Shown here one piece after another: positions 10,517 to 19,622 of a stretch of DNA of 64,000 bases. A program made the translations under genes and the position numbers. The notes under the pieces were generated by a model that saw only the letters and a list, made by a program, of their open reading frames with translations, ran no database searches and had not been told where the DNA came from. The DNA is taken from sequence record PZ674596.1, one strand, 5' to 3'. Origin of the DNA: a phage. How positions within the stretch are numbered: position 1 is the first letter of the stretch; the number at the start of each line of letters is the position of its first letter.

Positions 10517-10542
10517 AGGCGTCCAGTTGGACGCCTTTTTTA
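10517..10542 (+). terminator. Rho-independent terminator
   Basis: AGGCGTCC-agtt-GGACGCCT followed by TTTTTT. Confidence 0.7.
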
Positions 10543-10591
10543 TCGCAATTATCTTATTAAGAAAATAATTTGTTTAAAAGGATAAGAAAAC

Positions 10592-11017
10592 ATGACAGCT
10601 ATTAAGAAACTCTACGATGCCGCAAACGTGGCTCTGGATGTTATTGATGATGAAGCAGCAAAAGGCTTTCCTGAACCTGATTGGGCGCATCAGCTACGAA
10701 ACGCTATCGCAGAAATGACCCCACCAGATCCAACCCCCGAGGAGACAGACTGGCAGCGATTCATCCGTATGTACGCTCAGGAAATAGGTCCAACGCCAAC
10801 GGCAGAGCAGGCAATGCTGCTGAAATACTTCAAAGAGGCGGGAGAGGATTTACCAATTGATGACTCAGCATATTGGTTCCACTGCGCATGGCGTAAGTAT
10901 GACGTGATATTCACACAAGGCATGGGAAGCAAAGATATGGTTGTGTGGCATCTACTCCATATAGACACAGCCGTTGACAGAGTTATTGAACAGTTTTTCC
11001 CTAAACAAGAAGATTGA
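10592..11017 (+). CDS. hypothetical protein
   Basis: 141 aa; ATG after GGATAAGAAAAC; no recognisable motif. Confidence 0.45.
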   Translation: MTAIKKLYDAANVALDVIDDEAAKGFPEPDWAHQLRNAIAEMTPPDPTPEETDWQRFIRMYAQEIGPTPTAEQAMLLKYFKEAGEDLPIDDSAYWFHCAWRKYDVIFTQGMGSKDMVVWHLLHIDTAVDRVIEQFFPKQED

Positions 11018-11072
11018 TCGCCTATTCATAACTAACAAAATAAGTAAACACTAACCACAAAAGGAAAAACAC

Positions 11073-11348
11073 ATGAGAGTTTTAGTTCGAATCGTTACCA
11101 CCACTGTCTATGACGTGTTTCCGCTTTTTATGGTCAAAGTCGATGGCCTTAACGATGAAGAAACTGACGCGCTGATCCAGCGTACTCTTGTTGAATATAC
11201 AGGTCATGACGCTGATTCAGTGATGGTTGATGACGATGGTGTTTGTTGGCATAACGGCAACTGTTGGTACGTAGAAGAGACTCAACAAATCAGTAATGAA
11301 GATGCTGAACATCTTGAGCGTATTTTAAGCATCAGCACTTTTGAGTGA
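11073..11348 (+). CDS. hypothetical protein
   Basis: 91 aa; conserved start context AAAAGGAAAAACACATG. Confidence 0.4.
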   Translation: MRVLVRIVTTTVYDVFPLFMVKVDGLNDEETDALIQRTLVEYTGHDADSVMVDDDGVCWHNGNCWYVEETQQISNEDAEHLERILSISTFE

Positions 11349-11563
11349 GTTTACAGTAAAGTTTATATAAGTTAGTATCTACCTATCATGAAGATTTTTA
11401 TTGAATACTTGTTACTCATCGTTTCAATAGCTTTTGTCATCGACTGCATTTTCACTGGTGTCATTCGTAAAGTCTTTTCCCCGGTGCACGACGTAGTCAT
11501 AAACGCTTTGGCTATCGTGCTCGTATTTAATTCAGCATTTGATGTAATCAAAGAGGTGGCAGC

Positions 11564-11899
11564 ATGAAGACCATTCCATTCGCGCTGTTGTTTCTTTCTT
11601 CGATCGTTGTGGCCGACACCACTGTTTATCAGTGTGAAATGTCTGTAGCCGACGTTAAGAATGGCGCTCTTACCGACGTCATAAAAGCACCATATGGAGC
11701 GATGGTCGTAGACAGCGGCGACCAGTTCTATGTTGTGCGTGACGATCGAGTGTTGTCATCCCCATATCTCACAAATCGTAATGGCAAATTAACCGGCGTC
11801 GGAGAAGACCACTTCGTATACAACAAATACAAGGGCTTCTATGGCGTTCACGCTTCTCAGCAAAGCTACCTTTTCGATGACTGCAAGGAGGTTGGGTAA
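11564..11899 (+). CDS. secreted hypothetical protein
   Basis: 111 aa; N-terminal signal peptide MKTIPFALLFLSSIVVA. Confidence 0.45.
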   Translation: MKTIPFALLFLSSIVVADTTVYQCEMSVADVKNGALTDVIKAPYGAMVVDSGDQFYVVRDDRVLSSPYLTNRNGKLTGVGEDHFVYNKYKGFYGVHASQQSYLFDDCKEVG

Positions 11900-12111
11900 T
11901 GGCATTAACACTGGCAGGTCTGGAAATCGAGAAAACAAGCGGCTACTGGCGTGCTAAGGGTTTCAAGCAGCCTGGCATTCTTGAGCGTCTGGAACGTGAA
12001 GATGGGTATATCGTCCACCAGCGGCGTGAATGGCGTATGTACGATCCAGAAACAGGAAAACTGACTACAAAAGCCGGAACACTTTGGGGTCTGTTAAAGA
12101 AAATACACTAA
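11899..12111 (+). CDS. hypothetical protein
   Basis: 70 aa; ATG overlaps upstream stop (TAATG). Confidence 0.35.
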   Translation: MALTLAGLEIEKTSGYWRAKGFKQPGILERLEREDGYIVHQRREWRMYDPETGKLTTKAGTLWGLLKKIH

Positions 12112-12158
12112 ATGCAAACTGACTGCGGCACGTTCCGCAGTCATATTTCATAGTCGTC

Positions 12159-12691
12159 ACCGCTGACAGCATACACAATCAACTACCGCTGATAGCATAT
12201 CGAGAGTCTATCTCACCGCTCACAGCATACTTTACTCGATTTTTTACCGCTGACAGCATACTTAAGAAATTGCATGAATAATGTGTCCCGGTATGGGTAT
12301 AACCAGAACAAAATTACCGCTGGCAGCATACGAATGTCTGACATATACCATTAATTACCGCTGATAGCATATCCAAACAAAAATTCCTCAATAAAACACC
12401 GCTGACAGCATACGTTCTATCAGGGAGTAGCAGGCAATAAATGCCTTTCACTACAAGCAATCAGCGCAATAGCAATAGAATGTTAGTGAGCGCAAACCTA
12501 TATGGAATGCACTCTTCGAGGTTAGTAACCACTGGGGAGGTATGACAGAGCATTGAGTGGTGATAGATGATTTACCGCTCACAGCATACGTTCATCTCAC
12601 TATACCGCTGGTAGCATATCTTTAACCGTTCACAGCATACTTTTCAGAAAAATAGCCGCTGATAGCATACATTTCACCGCTGACAGCATAT
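12159..12691. repeat. iteron array: 12 direct copies of 16-bp ACCGCTGACAGCATAC (incA-like, downstream of repA)
   Basis: Copies start near 12159, 12185, 12215, 12246, 12316, 12357, 12398, 12574, 12604, 12625, 12655, 12676; all in one orientation, 1-2 mismatches each. Confidence 0.85.
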
Positions 12692-13785
12692 CAAAGCAGT
12701 TTGAGACTATTGGAAAGGATCTCAATCATCTTGATATTTTCAGGCGTCAAATTCTGCGAAAGTTCGGTTATCTTGTTGATAATGTTCTGTTTGGCATCAA
12801 TTTCCCCAGCTTTCTCATCTGGTTTTTTGGGTTCGATGTCTTCAGGTTTTGGCGGTGCGACTTTGAGTTTTGGATTGCGGCTGTGAATCTGGATATAGAT
12901 CGACCGCCCACGCTTAATCTCGCTGTATTCGAGATAGCCCAAATCTTGGAGAGCTTTTAAGCCGTTACGTATAGTCTGATTCTGCGAGCTGACATTCCTG
13001 CTACTCAAATTGAGTCGCGCACGCAATCGAGCAAGCGATACCGGCGCAGGCTTGGTTGGAAGACTTTCGATGAAGGTGTACAGAGCCTGTGCTGTTTCTT
13101 TGCGTGGTAGCTTATTGATAACCTTTAACTGCAAAAGAACCTTATGGTCAAAGCGATATAGTTCGGCCAGCTTCGGTTCTGCATAGAACACCACCGTATC
13201 TTTCTGCTCGTTGTAGTCCACGCTATTGATGAGGTGCACCATCAGAAGCGAGATCTTGTTAGAGCCGTCGACGTTCTTTTCTTCATACGTTCTCTGGAAA
13301 GACAGAGTTGTACGCATGATCTTCAAAAGACTGTTTGTAAGCCGGTCGCGGAGTGTTTTGCGGATCTGTGACGATGGATAGCCACAAAACTTAGCAAATT
13401 TCGTGATGCTTAACTCGACACGACCGTTAGGTTCGCCGTATTCTGCCAGCGAACGCACAACGCCCACCCACGTTTTGAAATCATGATCCATGTCGAGACG
13501 AGGACCGGTTATCTTGATATCGGAATAGCCTTCAGAACGGGCTACTTCGAGCTGGACAAGCTCCTTTGAAGCATCGATCTCATTTGGCTTGTTACGTTTA
13601 CTGTATTTTGTTCCCTTAAGCGTGGGGACGAACAACCCCAGTCGCATCAACGCAATTGGTTGGACTGTATTGTTGCTATTAGGGACAAGTTCCCCTGTGT
13701 ACAATTCAAGGGAACCTTCTTCAAAGTTGTCGATGTTATCTTCTACTTCTTTGTTATTTTTACCTTTTTTATTTTTTGTGGACAT
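12691..13785 (-). CDS. repA: plasmid replication initiator RepA (P1 RepA / RepFIB-like)
   Basis: 364 aa from ATG 13785 (the table's N-terminal 40 aa is read-through of the iteron region); motifs SNNTVQPIALMRLG, DIKITGPRLDMD, LYTFIESLP, HSRNPKLK match my recollection of P1 RepA; flanked by iterons on both sides. Confidence 0.8.
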   Translation of the reverse strand: MSTKNKKGKNNKEVEDNIDNFEEGSLELYTGELVPNSNNTVQPIALMRLGLFVPTLKGTKYSKRNKPNEIDASKELVQLEVARSEGYSDIKITGPRLDMDHDFKTWVGVVRSLAEYGEPNGRVELSITKFAKFCGYPSSQIRKTLRDRLTNSLLKIMRTTLSFQRTYEEKNVDGSNKISLLMVHLINSVDYNEQKDTVVFYAEPKLAELYRFDHKVLLQLKVINKLPRKETAQALYTFIESLPTKPAPVSLARLRARLNLSSRNVSSQNQTIRNGLKALQDLGYLEYSEIKRGRSIYIQIHSRNPKLKVAPPKPEDIEPKKPDEKAGEIDAKQNIINKITELSQNLTPENIKMIEILSNSLKLL

Positions 13786-13805
13786 GTGGACACCTTTGTC
13801 ATTCA

Positions 13806-13907
13806 ACCGCTGACAGCATACTTGATTTGCCGCTGACAGAATACCAAAAACAGTTGGCAGCATACGGTGAACCGCTGACAGACTATCAATTACCGCTGAC
13901 AGCATAC
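13806..13907. repeat. upstream iterons (4 full + 1 half copy), incC/origin-like
   Basis: Same 16-bp iteron near 13806, 13829, 13871, 13892 plus half-site GGCAGCATAC near 13856. Confidence 0.75.
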
Positions 13908-13947
13908 ATGAACATGACTTCAGACCAGTCGTGGCGCGGGTTACAGC

Positions 13948-14020
13948 GATCGGGGATCTTATTTGATCTATATAAGGATCTATCTATGGATCTCTTTATT
14001 AGGATCTATCCTGTGGATAT
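13948..14020. promoter_or_regulatory. origin-like region: six GATC sites in ~60 bp plus DnaA-box-like TGTGGATAT
   Basis: GATC at about 13948, 13955, 13965, 13977, 13989, 14003; CCTGTGGATAT at 14010-14020; next to the iterons. Confidence 0.55.
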
Positions 14021-14106
14021 GTGAATAATTAAAACAGGCATTTACTACCTTCGGCGCACCTGGTGGGTTATCGTTGCCTCGGCTAACAATCACAGAAAAA
14101 TGACAT

Positions 14107-14751
14107 ATGGATCTAAAACGCACGCGCTGGGTTCGTCGTCTTGAAGACGGCTCCTACACTATCGAATCAAATTCCAACCTGAATAAGCAGAAGTTGCTTT
14201 GTGACATCTGCGGTATAGCGGCGAAGTGCCCGATCTACGAAACCAGAATTAAACTTGATAAGGCTGGTGTGAATTTTCATTTAAACAGTTGCATCAGGTA
14301 CGTTCCATTACTCGCATTTCGTAAACCGATCATCGGATTGGATGCCCCCTACTTCAACACACTCCGTTCAGGTGTGACGTGGCGAGATCGTTTATCACCA
14401 GACAAGCTGATTTGCCTCGTATCCGCAGACACAGGGAAAATCATCCGTTTTGGGAAAGTAGACAAGGTTTACTCAGGCCCAGTAGACGAAATGTTGCGGA
14501 AACACAGCCGGTTTAATCATCTCTGTATGGGTGGTGAGAAAATCGAGAAGGTAGAAGAAGTGATCCGCAAATCCTACGGACACTTTCTGACCAAAGATAG
14601 CCTGCTCACCGCAATCTACATCAGACATGTAAAACGTGAGTTCGACCTCGAATACCACAGCGAAGAAGAGCTTAACCTTGTTGACCCACGTCCAAAAGCT
14701 GGCGTCATAAGCATAAACGCAGCGCGTAAAAAGCCCACTGACGCGCTGTAA
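14107..14751 (+). CDS. hypothetical protein
   Basis: 214 aa; first gene after replicon; no recognised motif. Confidence 0.45.
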   Translation: MDLKRTRWVRRLEDGSYTIESNSNLNKQKLLCDICGIAAKCPIYETRIKLDKAGVNFHLNSCIRYVPLLAFRKPIIGLDAPYFNTLRSGVTWRDRLSPDKLICLVSADTGKIIRFGKVDKVYSGPVDEMLRKHSRFNHLCMGGEKIEKVEEVIRKSYGHFLTKDSLLTAIYIRHVKREFDLEYHSEEELNLVDPRPKAGVISINAARKKPTDAL

Positions 14752-15005
14752 CCCTCCAGATCGTATATTGGCGTAGATAGAATCTACGCCTCCTCAAAAT
14801 AGCTCTCATAGCGTTCTACAGTGATCCTGTCTTATTTTTAGTCATACAGACAAGCAAAGTTGCGCCACAATAAATAGGTATATACTTACTTATAAATTTT
14901 GTATATTAAGGCGCTCGTTTCATTCATAACATACCGTTATGCATAGTTGTTTACCTTCTCATTGCTCTTAAAATTTGTATCAAAATAACCACAAAGGAAA
15001 AACAC

Positions 15006-16091
15006 ATGACTTTGCCATACGGCGTCATTTCTGACTGCCACTACCACAAATGGGATGCGTTCTCCACGACGAACGCAGAGGGACTTAACTCCAGACTTGA
15101 AATACAGTTGGAAGCAACGAAAGAAGCAGCCATCGCCATGAAGAAGGCCGGTTGTAAGTACATGTTGGTTGCCGGTGATACATTTCACGTCCGAGGAACT
15201 GTGTCCCCTTCTGTTTTGCATTACGTAACTGAAACGTACAAGTGGATTATCAACGAGCTTGATCTGACAGTAGTAATGCTGGCCGGTAATCACGATCTTG
15301 AAACCAACGATTCAGTATATAGCGCCAACGCAGCAGCATCGCTGAGTTCTATCGGCGTGGTAATCGTATGTGGCAAACGCCCACACTCAATAAAAATTGG
15401 TGATGTGACTGTCCACCTGATTAGCTGGCGTAACAATCATGCGGAGCTTATCAGCGATCTGAAAGCATTACGTAAGAGCGTAGAAGGTGATAATCATGAC
15501 GTTGTTATCCATACATCCATTAACAAAGCCATTCCAACAATGCCTGACGTCGGTATCGATGCGCAGGAGTTAAAGGATATCGGCTTTCGTCTCGTGCTTA
15601 GTGGGCATTACCACAACCACAAAGAGGTCATTCCTGGAGTTATCAGTGTCGGTGCGCTGACCCATCAAAATTGGGGAGATGTTGGATCTCTGGCTGGTTA
15701 CATGATCGTAAACCCGGACGGCAGTTTCAGTCACTACGAAACCAGTGCGCCTAAATTCATTAACCTGGAAGATTATGTTGCCGATGACCAAATTCGCGGC
15801 AACTACGTGCGTTTCCGCGCCGTAATTGAGAACGATGAAGAAGGCATTAAGTACCAGAACATCCTCAAAACAATGGGTGCAAAAGGTGTCGTGTGCAACT
15901 TCATCCGTAAGTCATCAATGATGGAAGGGACAGCAAGCACAACGGAAACCAGCAAAATCGATAGCCTGGGAGAGTCGGTATCTGCTTATTGCAAGATTGT
16001 CCACGATACTGACGGCGGATTTGATCTGAGCAAGTTGGATATTTTGTGTCAGGAAATCCTCACCGAAGCGGAGAGTTCGGAGGCTGTGTGA
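15006..16091 (+). CDS. SbcD/Mre11-like nuclease (T4 gp47-like)
   Basis: Calcineurin-like phosphoesterase motifs DCHYH, GDTFH, GNHD, GHYH in order; start context AAAGGAAAAACACATG. Confidence 0.8.
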   Translation: MTLPYGVISDCHYHKWDAFSTTNAEGLNSRLEIQLEATKEAAIAMKKAGCKYMLVAGDTFHVRGTVSPSVLHYVTETYKWIINELDLTVVMLAGNHDLETNDSVYSANAAASLSSIGVVIVCGKRPHSIKIGDVTVHLISWRNNHAELISDLKALRKSVEGDNHDVVIHTSINKAIPTMPDVGIDAQELKDIGFRLVLSGHYHNHKEVIPGVISVGALTHQNWGDVGSLAGYMIVNPDGSFSHYETSAPKFINLEDYVADDQIRGNYVRFRAVIENDEEGIKYQNILKTMGAKGVVCNFIRKSSMMEGTASTTETSKIDSLGESVSAYCKIVHDTDGGFDLSKLDILCQEILTEAESSEAV

Positions 16092-16132
16092 GGCAAAGTC
16101 GTTATGGGAGCTTTCGAGACTTTGCCATCACG

Positions 16133-16324
16133 ATGAAAAGACTTGAACGAGGCCAGACGGTGATGTTTCACAAGCCCTACCCGCCACAAGGAAATCCCGT
16201 AGCGTTTTATCTTGGAAGGTTAACCAGAAAAGGCGTATTGAGGCGCAGATCCTTCCCGGCGCATACGGAGTTCAGATTGAAAGAAGGTCAAAAGCTAACA
16301 CACGGTATCAAAGGTGTTATATGA
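16133..16324 (+). CDS. small hypothetical protein
   Basis: 63 aa from internal ATG of table ORF 16046..16324, which otherwise overlaps the SbcD-like gene. Confidence 0.3.
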   Translation: MKRLERGQTVMFHKPYPPQGNPVAFYLGRLTRKGVLRRRSFPAHTEFRLKEGQKLTHGIKGVI

Positions 16325-18237
16325 AGTTTTTAAAGCTCCAGGTTGAGAATTTTATGGCTATCGCCAGCGCGGAGGTCGAGTTAGATCAGCGTGGTTTAGT
16401 GCTCATTCAGGGTGTTAATAGTGATGATAGTTCCGCATCAAGTAATGGCTCTGGAAAGTCAACGCTAATGAATAGCCTGATGTGGTGTCTTTATGGCGAA
16501 ACAGCTCATGGTGTGAAGGGTGACGATGTGTTGTCTACCGACCATGAAAAGAACTGTCGTGTTGCAGTAACCATCGAGGATGAAGGCAAGAGATATGCGA
16601 TCATTCGTCACCGTAAACACAAAGAGTTCAAAAATCGGCTTATCGTTCGTGGTGAAGACGGCGATATGACGAAAGGCAAAGATGCGCTGACGCAAGAGTT
16701 CGTCGAGCGTCTGATCGGTGCATCTAAAGAGGTTTTCATGGCTTCCATCTATGCGAGCCAAGAAGCTATGCCAGATTTACCTGGAATGTCCGACAAAAAC
16801 CTCAAAACCATCGTAGAAGAAGCCGCTGGCGTTGACAGACTGACACGCGCCTACGCTATTGCTCGTGAGCGAGCTAATGCAGCTGCCGCACGTATGGATG
16901 TGGTTAAAACCAAATTGGAGTCGACAATCTCGACCATTGAGGCAACACAGTCAGAAATTGAGTCAGCGAAAGCCTCCTCTGAATCATGGGAGCAAGAGCG
17001 TTCTAAACGTTATGACGATGCCCTGGCTGGGCTGGCCAGTGCCGAAGTTGAGTTAACGGAAGTTGAACTTGAGATCCGCACTCTTCCCGAACAGATCCGT
17101 GATACCGAGAAGGCAATCGAAAGTGAGCGCAAAAAGTTAGCCTCAAAAGAAGAACATGACGCCAAGTTGCTCAAAGTTCGTGGTGCGATAACTGATATTC
17201 GGGCAAGCATCAAAGCTACAGAAAATAGTCAGGCTGATGCAATGAGCCGCGCGCGTAATTTTAAGACCAAAGCAGAAGAGGTTGGTACTAAAGTGGGATC
17301 ACCATGCCCTACTTGTGGCAAAGCCTACTGCGAAGAAGATCTATCAACGGTGAAGGAGAATTTCATTGAACAAGCACGTCAGGAAATTGGTCAGGCGAAG
17401 ACACTTGCAGAGGCAATGGCTAAACACAAAACGAATCTTGAGAAAGCGTTAAGCATTGAGTCTGCCCTTGTTAAAACGACACCTGATGTAACGGCTATCA
17501 TTGCCCGGATTGAAGAGCTTACGAAACAACTCTCATCTTTGCGTCATCGTGAGAAGGAGGTTGTTGCTATTGAGTCTCTTGTGACTCGTGCTCGTACTGA
17601 GGTCGATCGTATATCAAAAGAGATTAATCCGTTTATTGCTCTTATCGCCAGACACGAAGATAACCTGGTATCCAGTAAGTCTACCTTCAAGTCCTTAAAA
17701 GATGAGTTGAAGGCTATTCAGGAACAAACGTTGCTATTGGAAAAAGCTCGTCAGGTCTACTCTCCTGCCGGGGTGCGTTCTCATATTTTGACGTCTGTTA
17801 CGCCTTTCCTGAATACACGCACTGCCGAGTATCTCAATACGTTGTCTGACGGGAATATTACTGCTGAGTGGTCGACGATGGATGTCACTAAAAAAGGTGA
17901 GTATCGCGACAAATTCAACATTAGTGTGCAGAAGAAAGGTTCAAGTAAGTCGTTCCAGACCCTCTCTGGTAGTGAGAAGCGGAAGGTTCGCATTGCGTGT
18001 TCTTTGGCATTGCAGGATCTGGTTAGTAACCGGGCGAGTAAAAACATCGATTTGTTTATCGGCGACGAAATTGACGATGCACTCGATACAGCCGGTCTTG
18101 AACGCCTCATGGGTATTCTGGAGTCCAAAGCTCGCGAGCGAGGTACTGTGCTGATTATCTCCCATAAAGAGATGAAGTCATGGTTCCGGGAAACTATTAC
18201 GCTGGAAGTTAAAGAGGGGCGCAGCTATGTCGTTTAA
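16321..18237 (+). CDS. SbcC/Rad50-like ATPase (T4 gp46-like)
   Basis: N-terminal Walker A NGSGKST, long coiled coil with central CPTCGK zinc-hook-like motif, C-terminal DEIDD Walker B. Confidence 0.8.
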   Translation: MKFLKLQVENFMAIASAEVELDQRGLVLIQGVNSDDSSASSNGSGKSTLMNSLMWCLYGETAHGVKGDDVLSTDHEKNCRVAVTIEDEGKRYAIIRHRKHKEFKNRLIVRGEDGDMTKGKDALTQEFVERLIGASKEVFMASIYASQEAMPDLPGMSDKNLKTIVEEAAGVDRLTRAYAIARERANAAAARMDVVKTKLESTISTIEATQSEIESAKASSESWEQERSKRYDDALAGLASAEVELTEVELEIRTLPEQIRDTEKAIESERKKLASKEEHDAKLLKVRGAITDIRASIKATENSQADAMSRARNFKTKAEEVGTKVGSPCPTCGKAYCEEDLSTVKENFIEQARQEIGQAKTLAEAMAKHKTNLEKALSIESALVKTTPDVTAIIARIEELTKQLSSLRHREKEVVAIESLVTRARTEVDRISKEINPFIALIARHEDNLVSSKSTFKSLKDELKAIQEQTLLLEKARQVYSPAGVRSHILTSVTPFLNTRTAEYLNTLSDGNITAEWSTMDVTKKGEYRDKFNISVQKKGSSKSFQTLSGSEKRKVRIACSLALQDLVSNRASKNIDLFIGDEIDDALDTAGLERLMGILESKARERGTVLIISHKEMKSWFRETITLEVKEGRSYVV

Positions 18238-18970
18238 ATTAAGCCGCTCGCAGTTTTTGCAGGTATTTGCAGTGATGCAGTCGATAAAACTGATCAATGG
18301 GCATACTTCCAATGGTGCGGCTCCACGTATTCTGTGGAGCAGCAACAATATTGACGGAGTACAATTCGCCGCGTTGCTTGGTCTAATATCCGAGACACCA
18401 TTGATGCAAAGTTTGAAATCACTACCACCTGGATGTATTGCGCCGATCCTGATTAATCCTTTTGTTGAGGGGGGATATCTTCCCAACGTCGGGCCTGGGT
18501 TTATTGCATCCCATGAAACTGAAGATCTTAACATTAATAGCGAAGGGTTCTTTGGGGGAATGGGTGCGCATCACTGTATGGCTTTCACGAACCTTATTCG
18601 ACTTGCCAATAAGCGGGTGGATAGTTTGGCATCGCCAGGTGATGCTTTTACTGGTTTCCTTATCCAAAGGAGGGATAAAAAGTACAGTACGGACAAACTA
18701 CAGTTTGTTGGTAAGTATGGAGAAATGGTAGAAATCGAACTTCAGCTCCCTCATGTTTTAGCAAACGATAGTGCAGACAGTCGGAGGCTGTTGGGCATCA
18801 TGCGTCATTTCATAGCAAGTGGTGTTAAACATGCCGCAGATAAACGTGTCACGCAGGAAAATGAGTATTCAGACTTTGCAAACTATCCCCAACCAACGTT
18901 GCAAACGGCAATAGTAGCCAATTCGTTGGAGGCGAGATTATTGGAAAACCCTATATGGGGAACATGGTAA
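18227..18970 (+). CDS. hypothetical protein
   Basis: 247 aa; start overlaps SbcC-like stop. Confidence 0.45.
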   Translation: MSFKLSRSQFLQVFAVMQSIKLINGHTSNGAAPRILWSSNNIDGVQFAALLGLISETPLMQSLKSLPPGCIAPILINPFVEGGYLPNVGPGFIASHETEDLNINSEGFFGGMGAHHCMAFTNLIRLANKRVDSLASPGDAFTGFLIQRRDKKYSTDKLQFVGKYGEMVEIELQLPHVLANDSADSRRLLGIMRHFIASGVKHAADKRVTQENEYSDFANYPQPTLQTAIVANSLEARLLENPIWGTW

Positions 18971-18979
18971 GGAGACTAT

Positions 18980-19549
18980 ATGAGTAAAAAAATCAGCGTA
19001 GTTGGTGTTGATCCCTCAATGAGCAACTTTGGGCTTGCTGTGGGCACTTTAGACCTTGAGACGGACGAACTTGAGATTCACGGCCTTACTCTTGTTGAGA
19101 CTAAAGCGGGGAGTAACAAAAAGACCGTTCGTGTGAACAGTGACGATCTGCGCCGAGCCAGTGAAATATGGCGTGTTGCGAAGCCAATCATTGATAAGGC
19201 AAATATGGTTTTTTGTGAGCTACCGGTTGGGAGCCAAAACTCTCGTTCGCAGACGTCTTACGGTATTTGTATCGGTGTACTTGCGTGTGTGGATAAGCCA
19301 TTGATCCAGGTTACTCCAAACGAAATCAAGCATTTTGTCGGCAATAAACTTACTACATCGAAAGAAGAGATTATCCAGTGGGCTACGAAAAAACACCCTA
19401 AAGCACCGTGGCTGCGTCGTAAGCAATCTGGACAGGATGTTCTCGTGAACAAAAACGAACATTTGGCTGATGCGGTGGCTGCCATCCATACCGGTATGCA
19501 AACAGATCAGTTCCGCCAGGTGCGCGATGTTCTTAAGTCTCTCATTTGA
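18980..19549 (+). CDS. RuvC-like Holliday junction resolvase
   Basis: 189 aa; N-terminal VVGVDPS..FG acidic motif and later E/H/D residues in RuvC-like order; RBS GGAGACTAT. Confidence 0.55.
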   Translation: MSKKISVVGVDPSMSNFGLAVGTLDLETDELEIHGLTLVETKAGSNKKTVRVNSDDLRRASEIWRVAKPIIDKANMVFCELPVGSQNSRSQTSYGICIGVLACVDKPLIQVTPNEIKHFVGNKLTTSKEEIIQWATKKHPKAPWLRRKQSGQDVLVNKNEHLADAVAAIHTGMQTDQFRQVRDVLKSLI

Positions 19550-19583
19550 TTTCATTGATAGGTAAGTGCTTATCTATTAACAT

Positions 19584-19614
19584 GGGCCACTATATTTAGT
19601 GGCCCTCTTTATTT
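19584..19614 (+). terminator. Rho-independent terminator
   Basis: GGGCCACTA-tatt-TAGTGGCCC followed by T-rich run. Confidence 0.6.
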
Positions 19615-19622
19615 GGTGATAC

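Noticed and set aside
12159-12691. Possible CRISPR array suggested by the many short direct repeats
   Set aside because: Repeats are 16 bp with irregular 5-160 bp spacing, flank a Rep gene on both sides and have no cas genes nearby; they are plasmid iterons.
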